64,000 nucleotides of DNA. Source: Candidatus Latescibacterota bacterium. Lineage in GTDB: Bacteria > Latescibacterota > UBA2968 > GCA-2709665. The stretch covers positions 1,472,001-1,536,000 of the forward strand of contig OZ220733.1 in the NCBI GenBank assembly GCA_965116875.1, written 5' to 3'. Every line of letters starts with the position of its first letter. Positions within the stretch are counted from its first letter, which is position 1. Made by a program: the position numbers and the translations under genes. Positions 36,917 to 46,939 of the stretch are shown here, in pieces. The notes beneath the pieces are model-generated. The model was given only the letters and a program-made list of their open reading frames with translations. It had not been told where the DNA came from and made no database searches.

Positions 36917-38245
36917 CTACGATTCCAGGCCTTCCTCACCGGCGTGGATGGACGCGAGGACCCAGGGATCGCGGGTTTCCACGCGGAACGCCCTGACCTT
37001 CCGCCGCATCGTCTCCGCGACCTCGGCAACCTCCGGATCGTCGATCAGATTGGTGGACTCCTGCGGATCGGCTTCAATGTCGAACAGCGCTTCTCCATCC
37101 TGATGCAGAAACCGTTCCGTGGGCCGCCTCCCCATCATCCCGATCCCCTCATCCAGGACCGTCTGCCAGGTGGGAGACGCCCACAGATCTCCCGGAATCG
37201 GCGTTGTCAGCTCAGGATAGAGATTGCGGACGTATTTATACTTTCTTCCCCTCAACACACGGTACGGATAGTAGTTCGTCACCTCGTGGAACGAGTGTGA
37301 AAAGAACGTCTCTTCCCATCCCTCCGGTTGGGCTTCGTCCAGAATCGGGACCAGGGAACGCTCCGGAAGCCCGTCCGGTGGTTCCACTCCGCACCAATCC
37401 AGGACCGTCGGCGCAATATTGCACCAGTTCACAAGCGCGTCGGACCTGACTGACGGCGCATCGGGCCGTACCAGAATCAGCGGACAGCGATGCCCGGAGT
37501 CGAACGAGGACCCCTTTGCGCCGGGAAACGGCATCCCATGGTCGCTCATCACAACGATCAGCGTGTCGTCCGCCCTCCCGGCGGCTTCCAGCGTATCCAC
37601 CGCCATCCCGATCCCCTGATCCAGCCTGGATATCGACTGGTAATATTCCGCCAGTTCTCTCCGCACGGCGGGACGGTCGGGCAGGAAATCGGGCACAACC
37701 ACCTCGTCGGGCGAATAACGCACCTCTTCCACGTCAGGATAGGTCTCCCGATTTCCGAAATTTCGATGCGGATCTCCGAAACCCATGTGCAGATAAAAGG
37801 GCCGGTCACCCGTCTGAGAAAGGAACTCACCGGCCTGCCGGGCCATCTCGGCCACGTTGCGGGTCCCGCCGCGCACCTGCTGCCCGTCGCACGTCCATGG
37901 ATATACCTCTTCCGGCTGTACGTGCAGCTTGCCCACAATCCCGGTGGAAAAACCCGCCGGGCCCAGTGTCCTGGGGATGGAGGGCATAGACAGTTGCGTG
38001 TGAAAATTGTGGATCCCGTGCGTGTGCCCGTACTGCCCGTGGGTGTGGCTGTAGTGCCCCGTCAACACGCACGCCCGGCTGGCCGCGCAGGAAGGCGTTG
38101 TACAGAAGGCCTGGGTAAACACCGTTCCACGCGACGCCAGTGCGTCCACATGAGGCGTCCGGATCGCCGGATTTCCGTAGCATCCGGCAATCGGGCTCCA
38201 GTCGTCGGCAATCAGCAGGAGTACGCTGCGATGATCTGTTGCCAT
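36917..38245 (-). CDS. Sulfatase (N-sulfoglucosamine sulfohydrolase-like)
   Basis: IADD, formylglycine motif CAASR..LTG, GKLHV, DPHR, SDHG, AK. Confidence 0.92.
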   Translation of the reverse strand: MATDHRSVLLLIADDWSPIAGCYGNPAIRTPHVDALASRGTVFTQAFCTTPSCAASRACVLTGHYSHTHGQYGHTHGIHNFHTQLSMPSIPRTLGPAGFSTGIVGKLHVQPEEVYPWTCDGQQVRGGTRNVAEMARQAGEFLSQTGDRPFYLHMGFGDPHRNFGNRETYPDVEEVRYSPDEVVVPDFLPDRPAVRRELAEYYQSISRLDQGIGMAVDTLEAAGRADDTLIVVMSDHGMPFPGAKGSSFDSGHRCPLILVRPDAPSVRSDALVNWCNIAPTVLDWCGVEPPDGLPERSLVPILDEAQPEGWEETFFSHSFHEVTNYYPYRVLRGRKYKYVRNLYPELTTPIPGDLWASPTWQTVLDEGIGMMGRRPTERFLHQDGEALFDIEADPQESTNLIDDPEVAEVAETMRRKVRAFRVETRDPWVLASIHAGEEGLES

Positions 38246-38309
38246 AGCATTCCTTTATCGAGGGTCACAGGGGTGAATCGGCTTGTCAGGCCGGGCGGGA
38301 TCATTTATT

Positions 38310-38753
38310 TTATGCGCGGTCCGCCGCACGATCGGATAACCCGAGCATCCGGCGTTTCAATGCCGCGTTTTCCCCGTTCCTGATCTTCCATAACAGAAAA
38401 ACCATCAGCAGGGCGCCGGCGGCGTCGTACAAGACGTCTGTCCAGGTTCCCAGTCGCCCCGGAACGGAAGCCTGATGGAACTCGTCGGTCGCGGCGAAAC
38501 ATACGGACAGAACCGCGCTCCATGCCAGACATGGTCCAAAACGGCGGGTCTCAATCCGGATTGACCGCAGCCAGAGATACGTGAGGACCGCATATTCAGT
38601 CAAATGGGCAAGCTTGCGAACCGCGTAATTCAAAATGCCGAACCAGGCCTCCGTCGCATCCGCGGACATGCCGAAAGCGAACCATCTGCTCGATAACAGA
38701 AAAATCAGTCCCATCCACCCCGCCAGCGCGATACGCCATTTTCTGACCGTCAA
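38310..38753 (-). CDS. VanZ family membrane protein
   Basis: VRKLAHLTEY, ATDEFHQASVPGR, DVLYD. Confidence 0.88.
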   Translation of the reverse strand: MTVRKWRIALAGWMGLIFLLSSRWFAFGMSADATEAWFGILNYAVRKLAHLTEYAVLTYLWLRSIRIETRRFGPCLAWSAVLSVCFAATDEFHQASVPGRLGTWTDVLYDAAGALLMVFLLWKIRNGENAALKRRMLGLSDRAADRA

Positions 38754-38889
38754 TCCAACCTCGATTCGCCGTATAACCGTTTCGTCTCCAGAGTCCTTTA
38801 AGATCGTCTCTCGACGAATTCGCGTCAAGCACAAACCCGGCTGTACACCGTTTTTGCGGTCCGGGCACCATTCATCAGGAGTATCCGCG

Positions 38890-39564
38890 ATGCAAGGCTA
38901 TCAGCAGGAATTCATCGACTTTCTGATTGAGACCGGCGCCCTCCGTTTCGGCGAATTCACGCTCAAGAGCGGCAGAAGGTCCCCGTATTTCTTCAACGCC
39001 GGACAATTCAACACCGGCGCGGAAATCGAGCGTCTCGGCTATTTCTACGCCTGCGCCATCCGGGAGTTTGACGTTGAACCGACGCTGGTTTTCGGTCCGG
39101 CATATAAGGGTATCCCGCTCTGCATCGCCGCAGCCATCGCACTGCGCCAGCGCTTCGACGTGGACACCTGCTATGGCTTTGACCGGAAAGAGATCAAGGA
39201 ACACGGCGAGGGAGGCTGGCTCGTTGGCAAGGCGCCCGACCCGCAGGACCGCGTGGTGCTGGTAGACGACGTGGTCACCGACGGCGCCACCAAGATTCAG
39301 ATGATCCGCAGACTGAAAGCGGCGTGCAGCGCGCGGATATCGGGTCTGGTCATCGCTCTGGACCGCAAGGAGAAGAACGCCGATGGAGAAGACGCTGTGG
39401 CGGCTCTTCAGACCGCCGCCGGCGTACCCGTACGTTCCATAATCACCATCCATGACATTCTTGAATACCTGCCCGGCCGCAGCATCAACGGACGGATTGC
39501 CCTTACCTCCGACGTCAGAGGGCGAATCGAATGTTACCTGGACGAACACGGAATTACCGGGTGA
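38890..39564 (+). CDS. pyrE: Orotate phosphoribosyltransferase
   Basis: FGEFTLKSGRRSPYFFN, FGPAYKGIP, DRKE.KEHGEGG, VDDVVTDG. Confidence 0.96.
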   Translation: MQGYQQEFIDFLIETGALRFGEFTLKSGRRSPYFFNAGQFNTGAEIERLGYFYACAIREFDVEPTLVFGPAYKGIPLCIAAAIALRQRFDVDTCYGFDRKEIKEHGEGGWLVGKAPDPQDRVVLVDDVVTDGATKIQMIRRLKAACSARISGLVIALDRKEKNADGEDAVAALQTAAGVPVRSIITIHDILEYLPGRSINGRIALTSDVRGRIECYLDEHGITG

Positions 39565-39661
39565 CCGGTTCCAGCGTCGGTTGAAGAGAACGACGAAACT
39601 ACCCCACAACACCGGACGCACGCTTCCCGTCCCCATCCCTGAGAAGAACCGGCGGGATCGC

Positions 39662-40864
39662 TTATTCAGGTGCGTGCGCCACCCCTCCACAGTATGCCGC
39701 GGCCGTCATCGCATATACCCGGGCAACCCGAACCAGTTCGTCCACGGCGACGGCCTCGGACAGCGTATGCGCTCCTTTCGCATCCGGCCCATGCGTCAGC
39801 GCCGGAATACCGGCAAGCGCCGCGTAGGTATTGCCGTCGTCCACGAACGGCTTGCCGCCGGGGGGCAGTTCTCTGCCCGAAACCGCCGCGTACGCCGTCT
39901 GAAACGCGCTGACAATCGCGTCTTCGCGCGAGACCCGGAACGCGTCTCCCTGAACCTGGAAGTCGACCGTCGCCGAGGTTCCCGATTCCGCTGCGAGTTC
40001 CTCGACCAGCGCACGAAACCCGGCTTCGACAGCTTCGGCACGGCCGGGGGTGACCCATCGTCTCGTACCCCTGACCCCGCACCCTACCGGCGCCTGATTG
40101 TAGATCTCGCCCGACTCGATGAGCCCCACGAATACCGAATCACAACCCGACCAGGGGTCCGTAATCCTCGCCAGCGACTTATCCAGGTTCCGGAGACGGC
40201 AGACAAGCTCGGCGCCGGCTCCAGGAACGTCGGGCGTCTCCGGTGGCCGCAGGACCTCGTGAACCGGATCCCCCTCTCTGCTGAGCGAAACCTCGAAGAT
40301 TGCCATTCCCCGTCCGGCCAGAGGCAGACGGTCCGCCAGGTACTCCGGAAGCATCACGGCGTCGCCCACAAAACCCTCCGCAACCAGCGCTCTCACCTGG
40401 CGCCGGTCTCCCCATGGACCTTCGTGATGGTCGTGCGCCGTAAGCAGCACGCTCCCACCAGAAAGCGCTTCGGTTTCGCGCAGCGCCCGGAGCGCCTCGA
40501 CGGCCGCGGCGATTCCACCCTTCATGTCCGAGGCGCCGGAACCGTACAGGATGCCTTCTTCCATCCTCGGCGGAACAAACGGCAGGTGAACCGTATCCAG
40601 GTGCCCGTCGAACTGCAGCGTTCGTCCCCGCCGCCCCGTATCCAGCCGGACGACAACGGCGGGCGCTTCGGGCCAGTCTGCTTCCGGCCGTTTCACCTCG
40701 AATCCGTCGTCGGCCAGTATCTCCGCGAGACGGTCCGCCACGGCGCCGGCGCTCCGCGTGGGGCTGGGCACCGAAATCAGCGCCATCGCGGTTTCAACAA
40801 GCCGTTCCCGATTCACCGCGGACCGGATTTTTTCCAATTGTTCCCCATCTGAAGCGCTGGCCAC
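39662..40864 (-). CDS. M20/M25/M40 family metallo-hydrolase (ArgE/DapE-like)
   Basis: GHLDTV, YGSGASDMKGG, PE, AH..E; the usual DEE motif reads DHHE. Confidence 0.85.
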   Translation of the reverse strand: MASASDGEQLEKIRSAVNRERLVETAMALISVPSPTRSAGAVADRLAEILADDGFEVKRPEADWPEAPAVVVRLDTGRRGRTLQFDGHLDTVHLPFVPPRMEEGILYGSGASDMKGGIAAAVEALRALRETEALSGGSVLLTAHDHHEGPWGDRRQVRALVAEGFVGDAVMLPEYLADRLPLAGRGMAIFEVSLSREGDPVHEVLRPPETPDVPGAGAELVCRLRNLDKSLARITDPWSGCDSVFVGLIESGEIYNQAPVGCGVRGTRRWVTPGRAEAVEAGFRALVEELAAESGTSATVDFQVQGDAFRVSREDAIVSAFQTAYAAVSGRELPPGGKPFVDDGNTYAALAGIPALTHGPDAKGAHTLSEAVAVDELVRVARVYAMTAAAYCGGVAHAPE

Positions 40865-41059
40865 AATGCCCTCCCGGGAGCGATGTCCCTGAAACCGGTT
40901 CCGTGCGAAAAAATCAGACGTTCAGTGATGGTGATCATTCACTGCTTTCAAGGACAGTCTGAAAGGACGATCTTGGATGCGTGAGTACCTGGTTTTCCTG
41001 ATAGTCGTTTCGTAGTGCCAATGCAGGTCACCTTCTCCTTGCCACGGATGTCGATAACA

Positions 41060-41160
41060 GGAACCGTTTTGGGACCGGTGCGGTTGGCGTTTCCGGGAGC
41101 GAGGGCATCCTGCCCTCGACGTCGGATAGCTGTTGGAAAAAGACGACTCTGGACGGCAGC
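41060..41160. repeat. Family D element (GGAGCGAGGGCATCCTGCCCTCG palindrome), short form
   Basis: About 70 bp nearly identical to 61850-61918; tail resembles 62058-62090. Confidence 0.7.
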
Positions 41161-41347
41161 GGAAAAAATGAAAAACAGTTGCGTTGCAAGAGGCAAATGT
41201 GGTATAAATATACCGGGTCGGCAGTGAGAAATATAGAGCGGCTCCGGTACACTTCAAGTACACAAACGAGTGCCGCCGTAACGATCGCGGGGCCGGCGCC
41301 GGAATTTATATGCTGTTCTGAAATCCCCAGCGGTTCGAGGAGGCAAA

Positions 41348-42514
41348 GTGGCGCAGGGCAAAAACGATGACCCCCTTGCAATGACACTCGGGGTCGAAGA
41401 AGAATTCTTCCTTGTCGATCCGGGTACCCGCGATCTGCTGCCCGATCCGGACCCTCGAATTTTCGAGGATTGCGAGAACAACCGCGGACCCCACAAGATT
41501 GTAGCGGAATTCCTCCGATCCCAGATCGAAGCCACCACCCGAGTCTGCCATTCCGTGGGGGAGGTCCGCGAGGCCCTGGTGGAGACTCGACGTCTGGTTA
41601 TCGATGCGGCGGCAAATCACGGAGCCGCGGTCATGGCCGCCTCCACGCATCCCTTTGCGGCCTGGCGCAACCAGGTCGTGACCGCCGGACGGCGGTACGA
41701 ACAATTCGCCACGACCTATCAGCAGGCGGTCCGGGAATTGCTTGTCGGCGGAATGCACATTCACGCCGGATTCGGAGACTCGGACAACCGGGTGAGGGTG
41801 ATGACGGCACTGCGGCAGCACCTTCCTCTGCTCCACGCGCTTTCGGCCTCATCTCCGTTCAGCAGCGGCGGGGAAACGGGTTTCAAGTCCTACCGGATCA
41901 CGCTCTTCAGCAGTCTGCCGCGCACGGGCCTCCCCGCGCCTCTCGGGACGTGGGACGAATTCGACCGTCTCGTAACCAATTACCAGCGCATGGATTTCAT
42001 CCAGGACAGCACCGAACTGTGGTGGCACATCCGACCCTCGCGCGCCTTTCCAACGGTGGAGCTGCGCATCTGCGACGTGTGCCACACCATTGAAGAAGCG
42101 GTCTGCGTGGTTGCGTTATATGCTTCTCTTGTGCGTTACCTGCTCCGGCTGGATATGGAGGGCAGGCTTCCCGCCGAGCCGCCCACCGAGTTGATCGCCG
42201 AAAACTGCTGGCTCGCACAGCGCTACGGCGTGCTTGCCTTCCTGGGCGATACCGGTGGAAAGGGACGCATGGACATTGACGAACTCGCGCACTCACTCGT
42301 AGACGATCTTGCCGAAGACGCGCGGGCGCTGAATTGCGAGCCTGAATTGCGCTTTGCGCTGAACGTCATACGAAACGGTACCGGCGCGGACCGGCAGATC
42401 GACCATTTCCGCCTGCGGCGCCTGGAAGGCGATTCGGAACCGGAAGCGCTGCGGGAAGTGGTCGACCTCGTGGTGGAGGACACCGGGCGCGGAATTTCAG
42501 GCCTGGCGAAGTGA
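41348..42514 (+). CDS. Carboxylate-amine ligase (YbdK/glutamate-cysteine ligase GCS2 family)
   Basis: TLGVEEEFFLVD, QIE, STHPF, GMHIHAG, ALSASSPF, WWHIRP..FPTVELRICD. Confidence 0.92.
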   Translation: MAQGKNDDPLAMTLGVEEEFFLVDPGTRDLLPDPDPRIFEDCENNRGPHKIVAEFLRSQIEATTRVCHSVGEVREALVETRRLVIDAAANHGAAVMAASTHPFAAWRNQVVTAGRRYEQFATTYQQAVRELLVGGMHIHAGFGDSDNRVRVMTALRQHLPLLHALSASSPFSSGGETGFKSYRITLFSSLPRTGLPAPLGTWDEFDRLVTNYQRMDFIQDSTELWWHIRPSRAFPTVELRICDVCHTIEEAVCVVALYASLVRYLLRLDMEGRLPAEPPTELIAENCWLAQRYGVLAFLGDTGGKGRMDIDELAHSLVDDLAEDARALNCEPELRFALNVIRNGTGADRQIDHFRLRRLEGDSEPEALREVVDLVVEDTGRGISGLAK

Positions 42515-42579
42515 GCGGCGGAGAAAACAGCTTCTAAAACTGCTTCATCAGAATTCCCAGATAAGAAAGGTCCAGCGAA

Positions 42580-43392
42580 TTGTCTTACCAGGAAGTGATC
42601 GCTCAACTCAAGGCGCAGGTCCAGCAGATCGCCCACCAGGTGATCGATGCCGCGCCCCGGATTGCGGGGGCCCTCGCCCTGGCGTTACTTGGTCTGGCGC
42701 TGGCGTATCTGGTCCGCGCCCTGAGCCGCAGGTTGATCGCCGGTCTTGATCGGCTGGTTCCGCGCCTCAGGCTTCAGCAGGGGCGGGGAGCGGAATTCCG
42801 GACCGCCGCCGGATGGGCGGTCGGTCGTGTGCTCTTCTGGCTGGTTCTACTCTTCTTTGTCACCCTGGCTACCGAAATATTGGGGCTGCCGGTGGTGTCC
42901 GTCTGGCTCAACGGCATTGTCGTCTATCTGCCGCGGTTCCTCGCGGCCGTCCTGATCCTGTTCGCCGGACTGATCGGCGGTCAGTTTCTCCGCGACGTTA
43001 TCCTGTCCACGGGAATTGCCTACGCGCCTGCTCTGGCGCGCCTGGGCCAGATGGCTGTCGTGGTCGCGAGTGCCCTGATCGCCGTGAACCAGGCGGGGCT
43101 GAACGTCGACCTTCTGACCAGCGGACTTCTACTCGTCCTGGGTATCGCCCTGCTGGGCAGCGTACTGACCTTCGCTCTCGGCGCCCGTACGACCGTGGCA
43201 AATATACTGGCCTCGTACTATCTGCAGAAGATCTACAGGGTCGGCCATCGGGTCAGCGTTGGGGACCACCAGGGAGAGATCGTCCAGATCACCGCCACCG
43301 CGGTGGTACTGGATGCCGAGGAGGGGCGAGTCTCGGTGCCCGCGTCGGTTTTTGCAGAGCAGGCGTCGATTCTGCTCGTAGAAAGGAATTGA
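42580..43392 (+). CDS. CmpX/MscS-like mechanosensitive channel membrane protein
   Basis: TM-helix repeats (PRIAGAL, YLPRFLAA); C-terminal MscS beta domain (YRVGHRV...GEIVQI...VSVP). Confidence 0.8.
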   Translation: MSYQEVIAQLKAQVQQIAHQVIDAAPRIAGALALALLGLALAYLVRALSRRLIAGLDRLVPRLRLQQGRGAEFRTAAGWAVGRVLFWLVLLFFVTLATEILGLPVVSVWLNGIVVYLPRFLAAVLILFAGLIGGQFLRDVILSTGIAYAPALARLGQMAVVVASALIAVNQAGLNVDLLTSGLLLVLGIALLGSVLTFALGARTTVANILASYYLQKIYRVGHRVSVGDHQGEIVQITATAVVLDAEEGRVSVPASVFAEQASILLVERN

Positions 43393-43396
43393 AACG

Positions 43397-44245
43397 ATGC
43401 ACGGGGCATCAACTATGATCCATCACTTTATTCGCGCCCACGCCGCGGAAGCCGCGCGCGAACTGGAAAACTGTTCGCTGGACGACCTGGCGCCCTTCTT
43501 CTCCCAGGTCCCGACCGAACTGGCCACCCCCCTTCTCAACACGATGGAATCGAGTACGGCCGTGGCCTGCCTTGATCACATGCCGGCCGAGGTTGCGGCG
43601 GGCGCCCTGGAAGGGCTGGCGGCGGATCGGGCGGCGCACCTCGTTCGAGGAATGGCGCAGGAGTCAAGAGAGGAGATCCTTGAAGCGTTGCCCGACGAAT
43701 TCGCCAGGCAACTGAAACGCCTGCTGCGTTACAGGGAGGATACGGCGGGCGGCTTGATGGATTCTCTGGTATTCACCGTCCCGCCCGAAATCTCCTCCGG
43801 CGAGGCGTTATCCAGATTGCAGGCCAGCAGGGCCCGTGTGCTGGGTTACGTTTACGTTGTGGATCGCGACCAGACACTGGCGGGCGTACTGAGTCTCGGC
43901 GGGCTTGTGGTTGCCGGCGACGGGATATCCGTTGCCTCGCTGATGCGCCGGGAGGTGATGTTCCTGCGAACGGACGATTCCGTGGCTTCAGTGCTCGTCC
44001 ATCCCTCCTGGACGGATTTTCACACCCTTCCCGTTCTCGACGAACAGAGCCTGTTCGCAGGGGCGTTACGCCACAAGAACCTCTGTCATATGGCCGGGCA
44101 GACGGAGCGACTCCTGCACGCCGGCCAGGCGGGGACGGCGCTGGGGGAATTGTATCGCATCGGTCTGTCGGCCCTGGCCAGCAGCGCCCTCGGGGTTGAA
44201 AACCAGCAGCCGCCCACGCACGATCGCTCCCTACGCCGGCCGTGA
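43397..44245 (+). CDS. Soluble MgtE N-domain plus CBS-pair protein (no TM domain)
   Basis: Helical MgtE_N-like repeats, LLRYREDTAGGLM, YVYVVD..LAGVLS CBS pair. Confidence 0.82.
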   Translation: MHGASTMIHHFIRAHAAEAARELENCSLDDLAPFFSQVPTELATPLLNTMESSTAVACLDHMPAEVAAGALEGLAADRAAHLVRGMAQESREEILEALPDEFARQLKRLLRYREDTAGGLMDSLVFTVPPEISSGEALSRLQASRARVLGYVYVVDRDQTLAGVLSLGGLVVAGDGISVASLMRREVMFLRTDDSVASVLVHPSWTDFHTLPVLDEQSLFAGALRHKNLCHMAGQTERLLHAGQAGTALGELYRIGLSALASSALGVENQQPPTHDRSLRRP

Positions 44246-44356
44246 TCATTTACGGTAAGGACCGTTTCGTCATTCAAAGGCGTCAAATCACCGGCACCGG
44301 TTCGCAAGTCATTCCGGAAGAATGCGAAGCAGTTGATCGAAGGCAAGGAGTCAGGT

Positions 44357-45676
44357 ATGACAGAAAACACGAAAGCCTCTCAGGCCCTGATCCGGGCCTT
44401 TTTTCGTCTCCATCCGGGTGAGGCCGCGCGCGCGCTGGCCTCCACGCCCGTACCCGAGGCACTCGAACTGCTCGAGACGCAGGCCGGCGACCGGGCAGCG
44501 CAGGTCCTGGAGCGCATCGATCCGGACCGGGCCGTCGTACTCGTGGAGAACATGGAGGAGGCACTGTTCCGGCGTCTGTGGACGGCGATGGACGAGGGGG
44601 TCGCCGCCTCACTCCTGGCCCGTCTGTCGCCGGAGAGCCGTACCGAGCGGCTCGCCGCCCTGCCAGTCAGACTGGCTGCCGAAATGGAGGAACTGATGCG
44701 CTATCCGGCCGGATCGGCCGGTCAGATCATGGATAGCTCGGTGACCGTATTCAGCGTCGAGGAGACGGCTGAGGATGCGCTCAGCCGGATCCGTTCATTA
44801 CCGGAGAGGCGCATTTTCGATCTGTGCGTGGTGGACGATGACGGGGCGCTGACCGCGGTGCTTACGCTTCAGGAGGTGGCGGTAGCCCAGCCTGGCGACC
44901 GGCTCGGTCAACTGGCGCAGGGTCCGCCCGTTTGCGTGCAGGCCATGTCGTCCAGAGAGGAAGTGGTAGAACTGCTCGAGGCTCACAAACTGGCGTCTCT
45001 GCCCGTTGTCGGCGGGGTTGACGGCCGGCTCTGCGGAATCATCCGCCACGATGCGCTCGTGGAGGCCGCCAGGCACGAGGCCAGCGGGAACGTACAGGCC
45101 ATGTTCGGCGCGGGAAGGGAAGAACGGGCCCTCTCAGGTCCAATGCTGGCGGTGCGCAAGCGGCTGCCCTGGCTGCAGGTCAATCTGGGCACGGCCTTTC
45201 TGGCCGCTGCTGCCGTCGCCCTGTTCGAGGATACCATCGCCAGGTTTACCGCCCTGGCGATCTTTCTGCCCGTGGTCGCCGGACAGGCGGGCAATACCGG
45301 CGCACAGGCGCTGGCGGTCGCCTCTCGAGGCCTGGCGCTGCGAGAGTTCAGGCCTCGCCGCTGGTTTCGCGTTGCCCGCAAGGAACTGTTGGCCGGGTTT
45401 GTCAACGGGGTGGCCATAGCGCTTGTCGCGGCTCTCGCGGCTTATTTGTGGTCCGGCACGACCGGCCTTCCATTGGTGCTGGGCGTGTCCATGGTGTTTT
45501 CCATGTCCATGGCCAGTCTCACGGGAGCGCTCATCCCGATTGTTCTTACTGCCCTGGGAAAGGACCCGGCGCAGTCGGCGTCAATTTTCCTGACAACCGT
45601 AACCGACGTCATCGGGTTCGTGAGCTTTCTGGGCCTGGCCACTCTGATGGCCCAATCTTTGGGTATGGCACTTTAG
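44357..45676 (+). CDS. mgtE: MgtE family magnesium transporter
   Basis: MgtE_N, YPAGSAGQIM plus CBS pair, KRLPWL, GNTGAQ, DPA..S..LTTVTD. Confidence 0.9.
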   Translation: MTENTKASQALIRAFFRLHPGEAARALASTPVPEALELLETQAGDRAAQVLERIDPDRAVVLVENMEEALFRRLWTAMDEGVAASLLARLSPESRTERLAALPVRLAAEMEELMRYPAGSAGQIMDSSVTVFSVEETAEDALSRIRSLPERRIFDLCVVDDDGALTAVLTLQEVAVAQPGDRLGQLAQGPPVCVQAMSSREEVVELLEAHKLASLPVVGGVDGRLCGIIRHDALVEAARHEASGNVQAMFGAGREERALSGPMLAVRKRLPWLQVNLGTAFLAAAAVALFEDTIARFTALAIFLPVVAGQAGNTGAQALAVASRGLALREFRPRRWFRVARKELLAGFVNGVAIALVAALAAYLWSGTTGLPLVLGVSMVFSMSMASLTGALIPIVLTALGKDPAQSASIFLTTVTDVIGFVSFLGLATLMAQSLGMAL

Positions 45677-45713
45677 AAACGTATTGCGGGACTGGGTTCT
45701 CGGCGGTGGGCCT

Positions 45714-46019
45714 GACCTACCCCCTGACCCCCTTCCTGAAGGAAGGGGGAACGGTGACGGGTCGCCAAAAGGCGGTTAGACGGGAGACGGAAGACGGTAG
45801 AAGAAATCCTCGCCGATCTCTTGTTCCTCATTGCCTTCGGCATAAGAAGAAACCTTACACGGCATGCGATTTCTTCCCTCTTGCGTCTCCCCTCTACCCT
45901 GATGTTTCTTGAGTCTTCGGGCCTCCGTGTGAGGCCGGTCTTCCGGGTCTTGCTCCCTCTCTCCCGGTGGGAGAGAGGGCCGGGGAGAGAGGTCGCTGAC
46001 GGCTGATCGCTGAGAGCTA
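45714..46019. repeat. Family C mosaic element copy 2 (contains family B copy 3) plus GCTGA heptamers
   Basis: GACCTACCCCCTGACCCCCTTCCTGAAGGAAGGGGG ... CCCTCTCTCCCGGTGGGAGAGAGGGCCGGGGAGAGAGGTC, then GCTGACG GCTGATC GCTGAGA. Confidence 0.72.
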
Positions 46020-46790
46020 TTCTTTCGGCTGCCCCGATTCCGTCGTCCTGATCAGGTCGATCATATCGTCCGTCACGTCCATCACGTGAACCCCCGCCGG
46101 CACGACGAAATCGAACCGTTCTTCGTCCACCTTCACGTTCGTTTTGAAAGTTTCAAACTGCCGTGACAGCAACTCCCCGCCCCCGGCGTTGAAGTACCGC
46201 ATCTCCCTCACCAGTCCATCCTCAGGGTGAACCGTGAAACGGACCCTGGCAGGCGGATCCGGGAGTTCGGCATTCAACAGCGTAACCTCCGGTGCGGCCT
46301 CGAACACCCGAACGATCTCACCCTTCAGCGTGTCCGTCCCGGTATACCGGATCGACTTCCACTCAAGGGCGCGGAATGGACGCATGGGATTCGGCTGGTC
46401 GGCATCCGCTTCCACCTGCGTCGCCCGGTAGACCCTTGCCATGTTGATCCGGTAGACGATCTTCTCCTCGGGGTCGTAACGCCACATCAGGCTGCCGTCA
46501 GACACAATCGTCTGACGGATCCGGCCGGCAAGCACACGGGCCACGTGCATCCTTGCCGGAGTTTGAGCGGTGACGTCATCCAGGATTTCATATTGCTCGC
46601 CTTCTACCGTCAACAGGGTCCTGACGCGGAATTCACACGTTTTGATTGACTTCAGCTTTTCCTGAATTGCGACCATCAGACCATCGGTCTTCACATCCCC
46701 GGTTGACATCTTGTCCGCGCCTGCCCGCCCCCCATCTGCCAACGTACACAGCCAGAGGCAGAACGCCAACGTCGTCCGAACACGAAACAT
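46017..46790 (-). CDS. LolA-like outer-membrane lipoprotein carrier fold protein
   Basis: Signal peptide; IVSDGSLMWRYDP; C-terminal N..VDEERFDFVVPAGVHV typical of LolA-like proteins. Confidence 0.75.
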   Translation of the reverse strand: MFRVRTTLAFCLWLCTLADGGRAGADKMSTGDVKTDGLMVAIQEKLKSIKTCEFRVRTLLTVEGEQYEILDDVTAQTPARMHVARVLAGRIRQTIVSDGSLMWRYDPEEKIVYRINMARVYRATQVEADADQPNPMRPFRALEWKSIRYTGTDTLKGEIVRVFEAAPEVTLLNAELPDPPARVRFTVHPEDGLVREMRYFNAGGGELLSRQFETFKTNVKVDEERFDFVVPAGVHVMDVTDDMIDLIRTTESGQPKE

Positions 46791-46939
46791 GCCGCAACTC
46801 CTTTCGCGGGCGGCGGGCCCAGGACTCCACACGCAGACGGACAGGAGCCGTTTTCGCGCCGGACGGCCCCGCCGCGCCGTTGATCCGGTCTGAATGCACC
46901 GCGTTTGTCCCCGCCCGGATATCCATCGCGATGCACCCA

